Shown here piece after piece: positions 1 through 9,716 of a stretch of 20,000 bases of DNA. Made by a program: the position numbers and the translations under genes. The stretch is from Chiloscyllium plagiosum (taxonomy: Eukaryota): positions 11,100,508-11,120,507 of the forward strand of contig NC_057754.1 in NCBI RefSeq assembly GCF_004010195.1. Reading direction: 5' to 3'. The notes beneath the pieces are model-generated. The model did no database searches and was not told the origin of the DNA. It saw only the letters and a list, made by a program, of their open reading frames with translations. Numbering within the stretch: position 1 is the first letter of the stretch; each line of letters starts with the position of its first letter.

Positions 1-99
1 TATTCCATTTTCATCCCTATGTTTATTCAATGACTATTTAAATGCCCTTAACGTTGGCAAGTCTACCACTGTTGCAGGCAGTGCGCTCCACGCCCCTAC
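1..99 (-). mobile_element. 3' end fragment of a CR1/HER1-type LINE
   Basis: Reverse complement translates VGAWSALPATVVDLPTLRAFK*SLNKHRDENGI, the typical CR1 ORF2 C-terminus; compare VVNAWNALSVVEVEAESLGTFK near 12660-12730. Confidence 0.8.
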
Positions 100-820
100 A
101 TGGAACGACAGTGGATGATAGAACAGTTAAAAGAAAATCTTGATCAGGTTTGACACGGACAGGTTCCATCCTGGATCAGCAACGAACAGATACAGCATTT
201 TATTCAGGGGAAAGAAACACCCCAAATTATCAGACTGCCAACTGAGGCAACTGACCAAAGTCTGGTTCAACGATGACTGTAAAGGAACTCTTGGGAAAGC
301 TTTAGGGATGATATTAGGACTCCCAATAATCACCGATGACAGAATTGGACTAGGGGTGTTCAAAGTAGAAAACATAGGCACTATTCAGGAGGGCATATGG
401 ATAGGATTTGATGGCACCTTACCGTACACAATGATAACAGGCCCGTATCCAATTTATTTGAATGCCCCATAGAAGCTCGCAATCTGGGCATTGACATAAC
501 TCAGGGTAGCCTACAGAGGAGAAGGAGAATACTGCCTCACAACCCCATTTAGCACATCAACATATCCGAATGGGACAGCCCAATGTCACCAACACCACCT
601 ATTGTATTGGGCCACACATACTTGACAGGATAGGCCTAACTCAGCTGATAAATACACACAAAGGGAGAGAGGGGAATTTAATGCAAGTGAGAAACTTCGG
701 CAAACTCTGGGGGAATATCTGGAGAAGTGTGACACTGAGCCCAAACCCTGCCGGCAATGTTACACCTAATTCAGACCCAGTTGACCACAGCATGTAGAAC
801 CCGTAGAACCTTCACCAAAA
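100..820 (+). pseudogene. Degenerate env/fusion-glycoprotein-like gene of an endogenous LTR retroelement (ectodomain part)
   Basis: Stitching frames gives MERQWMIEQLKENLDQV*HGQVPSWISNEQIQHFI / KLSDCQLRQLTKVWFNDDCKGTLGKALGMILGLPIITDDRIGLGVFKVENIGTIQEGIWIGF / ECPIEARNLGIDIT / RVAYRGEGEYCLTTPF / PNVTNTTYCIGP / EKLRQTLGEYLEK / LHLIQTQLTTACRT. It has Cys residues and N-glycosylation sequons (NVT, NTT), and is followed by a TM segment, PPT and LTR. Confidence 0.7.
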
Positions 821-1230
821 ACCCAGCCTGCAGGAATTCACAAAGGCAGCTTTTGAAAACCCAAAATGTACCATTATACTGTGAGACTCCATGCCGTCAC
901 TTTTGCGTTCAGAATCTCTCTTCCCCTGACTCCTCCCCTGCTTTCCTCTTCCCTCATTCCTTTTTGTTTCTCCATCAATCTATCTTTACTTAAGAGCCCA
1001 CATAAGTCCAAGCAGTGATCTCAGTCATAACAACCAGGAATCAAATCAACTTGTTTGGAGGTAAAGACCTTAGTGTTGCATTGTCAGGTACCCAATGTGG
1101 AACCATGAGTCTGGGATTTATCAAATAAGCCCAATGTGTGACCTCTAGATTATTTAAATCGAAATATAACAATGCAGCACACTATACTATATATATTAGC
1201 AAACTGAGCTCAGTTCAATCATTGACACTT

Positions 1231-1523
1231 GGGGGTGCCACGATGGCTCAGTGGTTAGCACTGCTGCCTCACAATGATAGGGACCTGAGTTCAATTCCAA
1301 CCTTGGGTGAATGTCTGTGTGGAGTTTGCACATTCTCCCTGTGAGTGTGTAGGTTTCCTCTGGGTGCTCTGGTTTCCTTCCACAGTCCAAATGATGTCCT
1401 GGCCAGATGGGATTAGCCTTGGGAAATGCAGGGTTACAGAGATGGGGTAGTTCTGGGTCGGAGGGCCAGTGTGGACCTGATGGGCCAAAACGCCTGCTTC
1501 CGTACTGTAGCAATTCTATGATT
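1231..1523 (+). mobile_element. HE1-type tRNA-derived V-SINE
   Basis: A box TGGCTCAGTGG at 1244-1254, B box GAGTTCAATTCC at 1287-1298, V-domain TGTGTGGAGTTTGCACATTCTCCC...GGTTTCCT, and LINE-derived tail GGACCTGATGGGCCAAA...ATTCTATGATT. Confidence 0.92.
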
Positions 1524-1533
1524 AAAGGTATGA

Positions 1534-1749
1534 CAGCAGATAAATGATGTCAAAGAGCGAATAAAGGAAATTAAATTAAAAACTTGGTGGGAGGATTTCT
1601 GGATCTGGGCCTCGCACCTACAAATCCATCCCTCGGTCTGTATTGTGTCACATCTGTCTGTGTTGTTAATTCTGGTTACCCTGGTATACCTCATCATCCT
1701 CACTGTCAATATGAACCTGGAGAGCTCACTCAACTTCTGGTCTCCCTAA
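1534..1749 (+). pseudogene. C-terminal part of the env-like gene: heptad repeat, Trp-rich membrane-proximal region, TM helix, short tail
   Basis: Open frame absent from the ORF track: QQINDVKERIKEIKLKTWWEDFWIWASHLQIHPSVCIVSHLSVLLILVTLVYLIILTVNMNLESSLNFWSP*. Confidence 0.75.
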
Positions 1750-2039
1750 GCTTATTGAACATTATATCAACATTGTAAATGTTTTGCTAAGCCTAGTAGA
1801 TATTAGTTATCACCTTGTTTGTGTGAAATGTCCTATCCCATTGTTTATGTAAAATATTCTTCAGTTTAATTATGTTCATTCGATTTTTGTTATGAATTTC
1901 TTTTCGTATTTGCCCATTTCGCCAATGTCTTATTTATTTTAATTTACTTCTTTTGCTTGATCATCATTGGGTATGAATTTTTGATGTTCCATTTAAATAT
2001 AGTTTGGTGATGTTTGCTTGATCTTAGGCATTCAGGATC

Positions 2040-2049
2040 AAGAAGAGGG
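2040..2049 (+). promoter_or_regulatory. Polypurine tract preceding the 3' LTR
   Basis: AAGAAGAGGG, then 2 nt, then TGT; lies ~290 bp after the env-like stop codon. Confidence 0.6.
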
Positions 2050-2051
2050 TC

Positions 2052-2960
2052 TGTGGGCGGACAAGCTGCTCAAAATAATTAATTTATTATGGATTTATAA
2101 AGATTTCGACAATAACTAAGGCATACTGCGAAAACTGAGGCAAGCCTTGCCCAGAGTGACTGTGCTAATAAACATGTTGCAAAATCCAGACAGGCTGCAG
2201 CTACCAACAGGTAGTATGTAACTGACCTGGTAGCTGCAGACGACACAATACATATCCAAATTTGGGTTGGAACAGTTGACCAGAATGCGATCGAAATTAC
2301 TATTAGGTCTGAGAACTGAGATTTACATACTAATAAACCAAAGCCTGCAACCCATTCTAAAAAATGAAAGACTTGACAGCAATCTAGGTTTGTTCAATAT
2401 TTTGTGTCAGTTGCATGCATGACATTGTGACCTTTTGCTATAAATTCTGTATCTTATAATCCTGCTCCACAGCTACCTGATGAAGGAACAGCGCTCCGAA
2501 AGCGAGTACTTACAAATAATTCTGTTGGAATATAACCTGGTGTTGTGTGATTTTTAAACTTTGTCCACCCCAGTCCAACATCGGCACGTCCACATCAATC
2601 TATTGGAGGACATTAAAGACCCTCCCAATAGGGCTGAAACAATTACCAAGTACGAGAATTGCCACAACACCACCCTCGGGAGCGGTAACGTGGGATCAAC
2701 CACCAAGTTGCGAAGACACCCCTGAGACTATCTGGAGAAGACCAGATGACTATCATCATGTGGATCAAGGCCAAGATCTTGTGTGGTGGTATATGATCAC
2801 CCAGAGTGAAGTAAAGCACAAGATAGATTTGTAGTGTCAATCATTAGTTTATAGTGTATTTTGTTGTGATACAATTAATAGTGTCAAATAAAATGAATAT
2901 TACTGTTCATTATTATTGAGTCGACTCGCAGTTCTTTTGCTGGATATAAGAGTTAAAACA
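2052..2960 (+). mobile_element. Putative 3' LTR, interrupted by a PLE-derived insertion at ~2310-2598
   Basis: Starts TGT right after the PPT, TATA-like GTATATGA near 2789, AATAAA at 2887-2892, ends ...AAAACA at 2960. No second LTR in the window to confirm it. Confidence 0.55.
2310..2598 (+). mobile_element. Penelope-like terminal fragment with hammerhead core
   Basis: CTGATGA (2477-2483), stem GGAAC/GCTCC, GAAA (2498-2501); the tail TGTCCACCCCAGTCCAACA...TCCACATCA is shared with 9849-9960. Confidence 0.7.
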
Positions 2961-3059
2961 TACTGTGTGGCAGGCACGACAGAAGGATGGACAATGCTCC
3001 TGCAGTCTGCTTCAGGGAGGGGAGTTTAAAGGATCATAACTAGCATTGAGACTCCAATA

Positions 3060-4020
3060 GTACCCACACTCATTCTCTCTCACACAGATAGAAACAGTCT
3101 AATACTCAACTCCTGCACCATCCACTTGGCAAAGGAACTATGGCTGCCAGTAGCTAGTTTAAATACCCTCAGGTCTGACCCATCATTCAGCTCATCCTAT
3201 CAGCTCCTTCGACTTGGGAGTACAACTGCCCATGTTTGCACCACTGAAAGAGGCATTTTTGTGGTATTAGAGAGAGGACATGTGAGAGAAAGCAGCTCAG
3301 TAATTTAGCCCAGACTGCCTCTGTCTATCCCTCTCCTCCCCCACTTCCTAACTTCACACAAACTGGTCCCAAATTTAAAATCCATAAAGAGACAAAGCTG
3401 CAGTATCAAAACAGCAGCAACTACAATGCAGGTTAATAAAGACAATAGGATACAGGCTTCTGCAACCAATGGATACAGATTTATTTCACAAGGGAACACA
3501 GGATTTTCACACAGATCAATACAAGGTATGAGTGGGACTGAAAAGAACAAGCTTCCAGGTTTACTTTTAAGTAGTTTGTGAATTCTACAAATCAATCAAC
3601 TCATTTTCCAAATAAGCAGTGATTACACAGATGTGCTCTCACCCCCCCAACCACCACCCACCCAGTGATTTCTTTAACTGAGCTGGAGTTCATTACTTTC
3701 AGCAGAAACAGACCCCAGTGGATATGGTTCAATAATCAATTAAAAAATAAGAAAATAATCAAACTGCTCTGGCACAACTTAATAGCAGGTATGGGACTTG
3801 AAACCAGAGCTTCTGTTTCAAGGTGAGGGACACTAAAAGGGTGACAAGTCACATCAAAAGAGCAGAGTAAAATACTTGGAACTTTGAACTTCATAAACTA
3901 AATATATCGAGCAGAAAAAATAAGGAAAATATGCTGACCTTTTGACAAACTGCCTCTAGGACTCAATTAGAGTCCACTTCTAGCCACTATGCTTTGTGTT
4001 TTTGACAGGTTTAGCTGAAG
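3060..4020. repeat. Copy 1 of a ~1 kb duplicated non-coding block (paralogous to 14510-15515, same orientation)
   Basis: Collinear shared anchors: CCCTCAGGTCTG, CCAGACTGCCTCTG, AAGCTGCAGT, TTCACACAGATCAA, TTTAACTGAGCTGGA, TTCAGCAGAAACAGAC, GGGACTTGAAACCA, TGTTTTTGACAGGTTTAG. Confidence 0.85.
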
Positions 4021-4108
4021 GAAAGAAATAAGAAATGGTGGCCCAACGTTGATGGAAGCTATAGTTAAGGTTTTAGGAAAGAGATGCAGAGGTGATGTGA
4101 GAAAAACT

Positions 4109-4114
4109 TTTATT
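4109..4114 (-). terminator. Candidate polyadenylation signal of the ZNF gene
   Basis: AATAAA on the minus strand ~50 nt after the ORF stop. Confidence 0.5.
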
Positions 4115-4163
4115 AAGGACAACAACAGCAACAGATGCAGTCACTTCGGAACTCGCTGGTGTT

Positions 4164-5168
4164 TCACCAGGTGAGATGACTGAGGAAGTCCTTTCCTACA
4201 GAGGGTGCAGGTAACAACTTGTCACCAGTATGTAATCGCTGGTGTTTCAGAAGGTTTTTTGAATGGACAAATCGTTTTCCACATTCGGAGCAGTGGAATG
4301 GTCTCTCTCCAGTATGAATGCGTTGGTGTATTAGCACTGCATATCTGCTTTTAAAGCTCTTCACACAGTGCAAACATTTGAAAGGTTTGTCATCACTGTG
4401 AACCAGTTGGTGTGCCTTGAGTTTGGATAAATGAGAGAATGCCTTCCCACATTCAGAGCAGGGGAATGGTTTCTCCCCAGTGTGAATGCGCTCATGTGTC
4501 AGCAGGTTGGACGAGTCACTGAATCCCTTCCCACATTTAGAGCAAATAATTGGCTTCTCCCCTGAATGAAATCGCAGATGTCTGGACAAATTGGATGACT
4601 GACTGAATCCCTTCCCACACTCGGGGCAGATAAATGGCCTCTCCCCAGTGTGAGTGCATTCATGTTTCTGAAGGTCAGATGACTGAGTAAATCCCTTCCC
4701 ACAAACAGAGCAGGCGTATGGCCTCTCCCCAGTGTGAGTGCGTTCATGTTTATGAAGGTCAGACGACTGAATAAATCCCTTCCCACAAACAGAGCAAGTG
4801 TATGGCCTCTCTCCAGTGTGAGTGTATTCATGTCGTAGAAGTTCAGATGACTGGGTGAATCGCTTCCCACACACAGAACAAATAAATAGCCGCTCCCCGG
4901 TGTGAACTCGCTGATGTGTCTGCAGGTTGGATGACTCACTGAATCCCTTCCCACATTCAGGGCAGATGAATGGCCTCGCCCCAGTGTGAGTGCGTTCATG
5001 TCTTAGACGGTCTGATGACTGAGCAAATGCCTTCCCACAAACAGAGCAGCTGTATGGCCTTTCCCCTGTATGACTGCGTCGATGGGCTTCCAGCAAGCAT
5101 GGATATCTGAATCCTTTCCCACAGTCTGCACATTTCCATGGTTTCTCCAAAGGACAGGTGTCTGCCAT
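4164..5168 (-). CDS. Tandem C2H2 zinc-finger protein with 11 complete fingers; no effector domain seen in this exon
   Basis: 334-aa ORF with 11 CxxC-x12-HxxxH units and TGE(R/K)P-type linkers. In-frame TAG three codons upstream of the ATG; candidate splice acceptor TTTTACAG at ~5484-5491. Confidence 0.93.
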   Translation of the reverse strand: MADTCPLEKPWKCADCGKGFRYPCLLEAHRRSHTGERPYSCSVCGKAFAQSSDRLRHERTHTGARPFICPECGKGFSESSNLQTHQRVHTGERLFICSVCGKRFTQSSELLRHEYTHTGERPYTCSVCGKGFIQSSDLHKHERTHTGERPYACSVCGKGFTQSSDLQKHECTHTGERPFICPECGKGFSQSSNLSRHLRFHSGEKPIICSKCGKGFSDSSNLLTHERIHTGEKPFPCSECGKAFSHLSKLKAHQLVHSDDKPFKCLHCVKSFKSRYAVLIHQRIHTGERPFHCSECGKRFVHSKNLLKHQRLHTGDKLLPAPSVGKDFLSHLTW

Positions 5169-5624
5169 ATCTCTCTATATGTGAAGATCAGCTGACTTCT
5201 CCTCTCCTGACAGGACAGGGCTACAGTTTCTCCCCACTGACAATCGTGTGATGTTATTCAGTCTGTGTAAATGTTCAAGACCTGTCCACAGTTAGTTCAC
5301 TGAAAGACTCACTTGGGTGGATGCGTCTTGGTGCATTTCCAGTCACATCGATGTTTGAAATCTTTTCCCACAAACAGAAAAGATAAACGTTGAAAATCTA
5401 ATGGATTTCAAGTCTTGATGAATTGACTCACTCTCTGATCCTGATGGAATGTTTGTTTTGAATTCTTACTGATAAACGTGCCTCTGTAAAACAAATTTAA
5501 ATCAGAAAAAGGTGAGTCTGAGAAAGAGAACTGTTTAAAACACGAAAGGAGGTTGTGAAAGGGAGTATATTGAATCTGGTAATTTGTGTGCAAGACACTC
5601 CGAATCGGTGACCATGAAAAGTTA

Positions 5625-5985
5625 CTGGATTGTCATAAAAACTCAACTAGTGCACAAATGTCCTTCAGGGAAGGGACCCACTTCCTATCCTGGACCTTCA
5701 CAGATTCAGCCCTCAATGGGAAGTGAGACAGTGAGAGCAATGGGATACTTAATGGCACTGCTTCCTCCCTCGACATGTCAGGAATAACTTTGAAAGATTC
5801 GCCCTCGAGGAAGGTCAACAGCAATGTGTATGGAGATCCATGACCTATAAATTGCCCTTCCAGGAATGCACTGTCCTCTTGTGGATACAGGGCAATGTTT
5901 CTTTATAGTAGCTGCCTGAGAATCCTGCAACCCCTCACTGAATAGCAATGTGGGAGAACTGTCACAGCAGTGAATGCTCATGTCC
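5625..5985 (+). mobile_element. Old, diverged SINE/LINE 3' fragments (L2/CR1-group-like)
   Basis: Resembles common shark repeat motifs (AATGTCCTTCAGGGAAGG; AATCCTGCAACCCCTC..AATAGCAATGTGGGAGAAC); recalled from memory only. Confidence 0.35.
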
Positions 5986-6081
5986 TAGTCATAAAATTAG
6001 ATATAAATTGAATTTGAACTGTTGTTGAGAATCTTCTGGCAAAAATATACTTTATACATAAAAACGGAAGTCTTTATATAT

Positions 6082-6803
6082 TGTTGTGAAGTTTAAGGCA
6101 TGTACTGTACCTTTAAGAGAGAATGACTGCAGGCACCTGTCACATAACTGACTAGCAGTCTCAGAGTGTACTGGAAACTTGAAAATACGTAACATTTGGC
6201 TGCTTTCACAACAGTTTGAATTTAATCAATTTAAGTTATGCCCCAAGATACTTAAAACCCAACTGAATTTGAATTTTACTGTTTTGACAACATCAAATCA
6301 ATGAAACAATCCGATGTTTGGGGTACAAAAAAATCAGACACTTTGAAATCCATAGACAACGATCAACTGCTATTGTCAGACTGACTGCCCAAAAAACACT
6401 CTTTATTAAAGGTACCTTTTTCATATGAAACATCTTTGCAGCAGAAGACTGAAGATGACCCAGGGAGATCTTCAAACAGAGGAAGACCGATACTGGACAT
6501 GATAGCCACTATCTGGTTTTGAAAATTACGTTGCGGTAAATTTAATAGGGGTTCTTATTGGATCAGTATTTTGTTAGAGACTGGGAGGTAGATAACAAAC
6601 CTTTAAGAGAAAGGAGACTTAGAGTTGTAAATTGTTGTTGTAAATATTCACTTTCAGAGTTAAAGAATACATTGATATATTTTCCTTTAAATAGTGGAAT
6701 TTGGGTAATTGTCTGTCACTCATACTTTAGCAGTTTACGAGGGGAGGTGAACTTTTCTGTGTGTTTAGTTTAATTATCAGAAGGGTTCACCGCCGTGTCT
6801 ACA
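6082..6803 (+). mobile_element. Solo LTR (Gypsy/ERV-like)
   Basis: TGT...ACA termini with near-identical 4-bp flanks ATAT (6078-6081) and ATAC (6804-6807); non-coding; inserted in an AT-rich tract. Confidence 0.55.
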
Positions 6804-6951
6804 ATACCTACACAATATTAAAGCAGTTCAGATCTATACAGTTTTTGCATACACAGAAGAAAACAAACATTGGGGTTTGACGTCTTGTTAGTTACAACTA
6901 ATCTAAATGCATTTCTGAATTATGCTGGATACTGGGACTTTTTACATGATT

Positions 6952-7070
6952 GAGGGAGAAAGTGAGGACTGCAGATGCTGGGGATCTTCAGGAAGGGCTT
7001 ATGCCCGAAACGTCAATTCTCCTTCTCCTTTGATGCTGCCTGACCTGCTGCGCTTTTCCAGCAACACAGT
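6952..7070. mobile_element. Short inverted PLE terminus with partial hammerhead
   Basis: Left arm GGAGAAAGTGAGGACTGCAGATGCTGG is the reverse of the PLE tail; right arm AAGGGCTTATGCCCGAAACGTC...GATGCTGCCTGACCTGCTG; TCTTCAGG (inverted CCTGAAGA) sits at the junction. Confidence 0.75.
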
Positions 7071-7079
7071 TTTATGATT

Positions 7080-7252
7080 CGGAGGGAACTGACTCCAGAG
7101 CACAGAACCCTGTGTCACAGAGCTGCTTGGGACGAACCCTGACAAAAACCATTACATCTCTCTCCAGATTTGCTTTGCGATGGCACATCTCCAGGAGATG
7201 TGTCACAGTCTCATTCTCCCTGTAGTCAGTTCGAGGGCAGCGTGTTTTTACA
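7080..7252 (-). mobile_element. Tx1/L1-clade LINE fragment (C-terminal zf-RVT/CCHC region)
   Basis: With one frameshift: RCPRTDYRENETVTHLLE / CAIAKQIWREM*WFLSGFVPSSSVTQGSVLW, matching the C..ET..HL..C....VW motif. Confidence 0.75.
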
Positions 7253-7626
7253 TGGCCCACTGACACATAATGACTCTTCGATAAACCCTGAAAACCACAG
7301 CCAGATATAACAGTGACTGTATTTCCTTTTTGTAAAGCAATCCACCAAGCAGAGGGACCACAGCTGCAGCTGTAAGTCTGTCGGGTTGTTCATTTCCCAA
7401 CAAGCATCATTTGATGTGTTAAGTGAAATTTACCATTATAACTATCTACCCTCTACACTTATAGTAATCTAAAATACCATACTTATATTTACCAAAATTA
7501 AAACCATGAAACAATCCTAAAATCTCAAATATTAAAACCTTAAACATCAAGTATAAAACGAAACTTCAAATCTAAGACCCATCTAAAACTATTTACCAAG
7601 AGCAATTAGAAAGCCATTTAAAATTC

Positions 7627-7945
7627 TTAAAAATCTGTAAATATTAGAAGCTGTCCTCGAGTCAATGACATTGTCAAGGTAGAGGTTTCCTGGGCAAATA
7701 CGTTAAATTTCTTCAAATCCCAAATCAGTTTATTATTCGTATCAGTCCATTTGCCCCTTGTTCCCAGAACAAAACTAAGAAAGGAAAATCGCTCACTCTT
7801 AGTTAATTCTTTAACCTGGTCCTGAAGATGTTTATATTTGCTTGATTTTTCATCCCAAATTTTCTCCAAAGAATCATTTTCAAAATGTAAAAGGACACCT
7901 ACTACTATGATTTCTTGTTCTTTTTGAAATATCAGATCCGGTATG
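7627..7945 (-). mobile_element. R2-superfamily non-LTR retrotransposon, restriction-like endonuclease domain relic
   Basis: IPDLIFQKEQEIIVVGVLLHFENDSLEKIWDEKSSKYKHLQDQVKELT...FVLGTRGKW shows the PD, EKxxKY and LGxRGKW motifs. The upstream HLRNDTNS continues at 8262-8285 beyond the SINE. Confidence 0.8.
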
Positions 7946-8261
7946 ATTAGATTCAATTAGATTAGATTTCCTATGGTATGGAAACAGGCCCTTCAGCTCA
8001 ACCAGTCCACATCGATCCTCTGAAAAGTAATCTACCCAGACCCAATCCCCTTTGACTAATGCACCTAACACTACGGGCAATTTAGCATGGACAATTCACC
8101 TGAACTGCACATCTTTGGACTGTGGGAGGAAACTGGAGCACTCGGAGGAAACCCACGCAGACACGGGGAGAATGTGCAAACTCCACATAGTCAGTCGCCT
8201 GAGGCAGGAATTGAACCCAGGTCTCTGGAGCAGTGTTAACCACTGTGCCAACGTGCCGCCC
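7946..8261 (-). mobile_element. HE1-type V-SINE inserted in the R2-like relic
   Basis: Reverse strand has A box TGGCACAGTGG, B box GGTTCAATTCC, the V-domain and an (AATCT)n tail. Confidence 0.92.
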
Positions 8262-8816
8262 ACTATTTGTATCATTTCTGAGATGTATTAGCTGACCGTG
8301 GATCCAGTAAAACCCATACATCTGACCATAAAACAAGCTAAAAACCAAATATCATGAAACCAGTTAAAACCACAGTATAAGACACGAGTTAAAACCAGAA
8401 TCTAAAATTAGTTCAAAGCGAGCAATCCGGCCAGACAAGACTGGGCTTCCTCATCCAAGATTGTTACCAGAGGGAACCTTGAGGTTCAACCTTACTTTGT
8501 AGACGACAAGCTATGTACCATCGCCTACAAAGGTAACTACACAAGTAGGCTTGTTGGAAGACCCACCAAAGAAACAAGCTGTAGTTACACCCCTCCATCT
8601 CCCCCACCAAAGGATTGTACTGGTAGTGTCCTTCTCACCACCAGCCAAGTGACATCTTGGTGATTGTTCAAAAGTTCTGATGAGGAGGCATTCTGCCAAA
8701 TGACTTTGACAGTCTGTTCAGGGAACCACGCGCAGGATCCGCCCTCTCCCTTTCCTTCAGGGTCTCGAGGACGCTATGTGCTGATGACTTCCTGATGGTC
8801 AAAGAAGGTTTTCTTT

Positions 8817-9248
8817 AGTGAGTTTTGAGAAGATTTATAGCTCAGGTTGAAGTTCTGGATGTAAGAGCTCTGGAAGAGCCGGATGGTTCATTTTCAGATA
8901 TTTCATCACCATACTAGGTAACATCATTAGTAAGCCTCTGGTGAAGCACTGGCGTTATGTCCCACTTTCAATTTGTGTGTTTAGGTTTCCTTGGGTTGGT
9001 GATGGCATTTCTGGTTCTTTTTCTCAGAGGGTGATAGATGAGTCCAAATCTCAGAGACATGCACAAGAATTCTGAGAAGCATGGCACTCCCACTGGAACT
9101 CCATCAATGAACACATCGATTTGGACCCCAAAGAACTGGAAATAAAACCAGCACATCACCGTAGGCTCACTGAGGTTGTTTTCTAGTACGGTGACAAAAC
9201 ATCTGAAAACGAACCTTTCAGCTCAGCGAGCAAACTTACATTCGGTGC
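8817..9248. mobile_element. Second-family PLE fragment with inverted termini
   Basis: Plus strand 9055-9129 encodes RHAQEF*EAWHSHWNSINEHIDLDP (GIY-YIG C-terminus). Decayed hammerhead-like segments are inverted at ~8895-8935 and ~9165-9205. TTTTCTTT flanks both sides (8809-8816, 9249-9256). Confidence 0.75.
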
Positions 9249-9667
9249 TTTTCTTTGCAAAGGACAGGTGATAAGGAACAGTCCACCTACTTGGAGCATT
9301 CCACGGCAGAGAGGCCAGTCCAAGGGTACATTCACAGCTTGATGCAGCTGCACACAAAGGAGGCCATCTGGATGAGAGCAACATTGGGTATATTCTCCAC
9401 CCTGCAGACCCAGTCTATCTTAGACTGCTCCTCCTAAAACAAATTCCTGAACTTTGAATAGACACCTTCAGTTCAATAACTAACCCCTGGAATACTTCCC
9501 GTGACAGCCTATTGGATCCGGTGAGTGTCAGCAGAGCTAGGGGGTTAAACCCAGCAGCTTTTCCTGGCTACCACAATCCCTCCGATGACACAAGAATGTG
9601 CAGCAGCTGGAAATCTGGAAGAAAGTGGAAGTGTTGCAAATTTTCAGCAGCTCAGGCAGTATTTCTG

Positions 9668-9716
9668 GACAGACACAGACAGACAGAGAGAGAGAGAGAG
9701 CAAGAGAGAGAGCGAG
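9668..9716. repeat. (GACA)n/(GA)n microsatellite
   Basis: GACAGACACAGACAGACAGAGAGAGAGAGAGAGCAAGAGAGAGAGCGAG. Confidence 0.9.

Noticed and set aside
1231..1300. tRNA genes at the A/B-box sequences (also ~8190-8261 and ~17391-17450)
   Set aside because: They are SINE heads continuing into the V-domain; no full cloverleaf.
1584..1778. 64-aa ORF from the track as the real product
   Set aside because: The overlapping frame 1534-1749 gives a coherent heptad/Trp-rich/TM pattern; this ORF has no recognisable features.
4499..4999. 166-aa overlapping ORF with TLGRGH repeats
   Set aside because: Shifted-frame shadow of the zinc-finger array.
8680..8800. HDV-like ribozyme at the presumed R2 5' end (TCCTCG-like loop on the minus strand)
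   Set aside because: I could not build the nested double pseudoknot by eye; needs a covariance or descriptor search.
8781..8812. CTGATGA followed by a CTTC/GAAG stem as another hammerhead
   Set aside because: No GAAA after the stem, so the core is incomplete.
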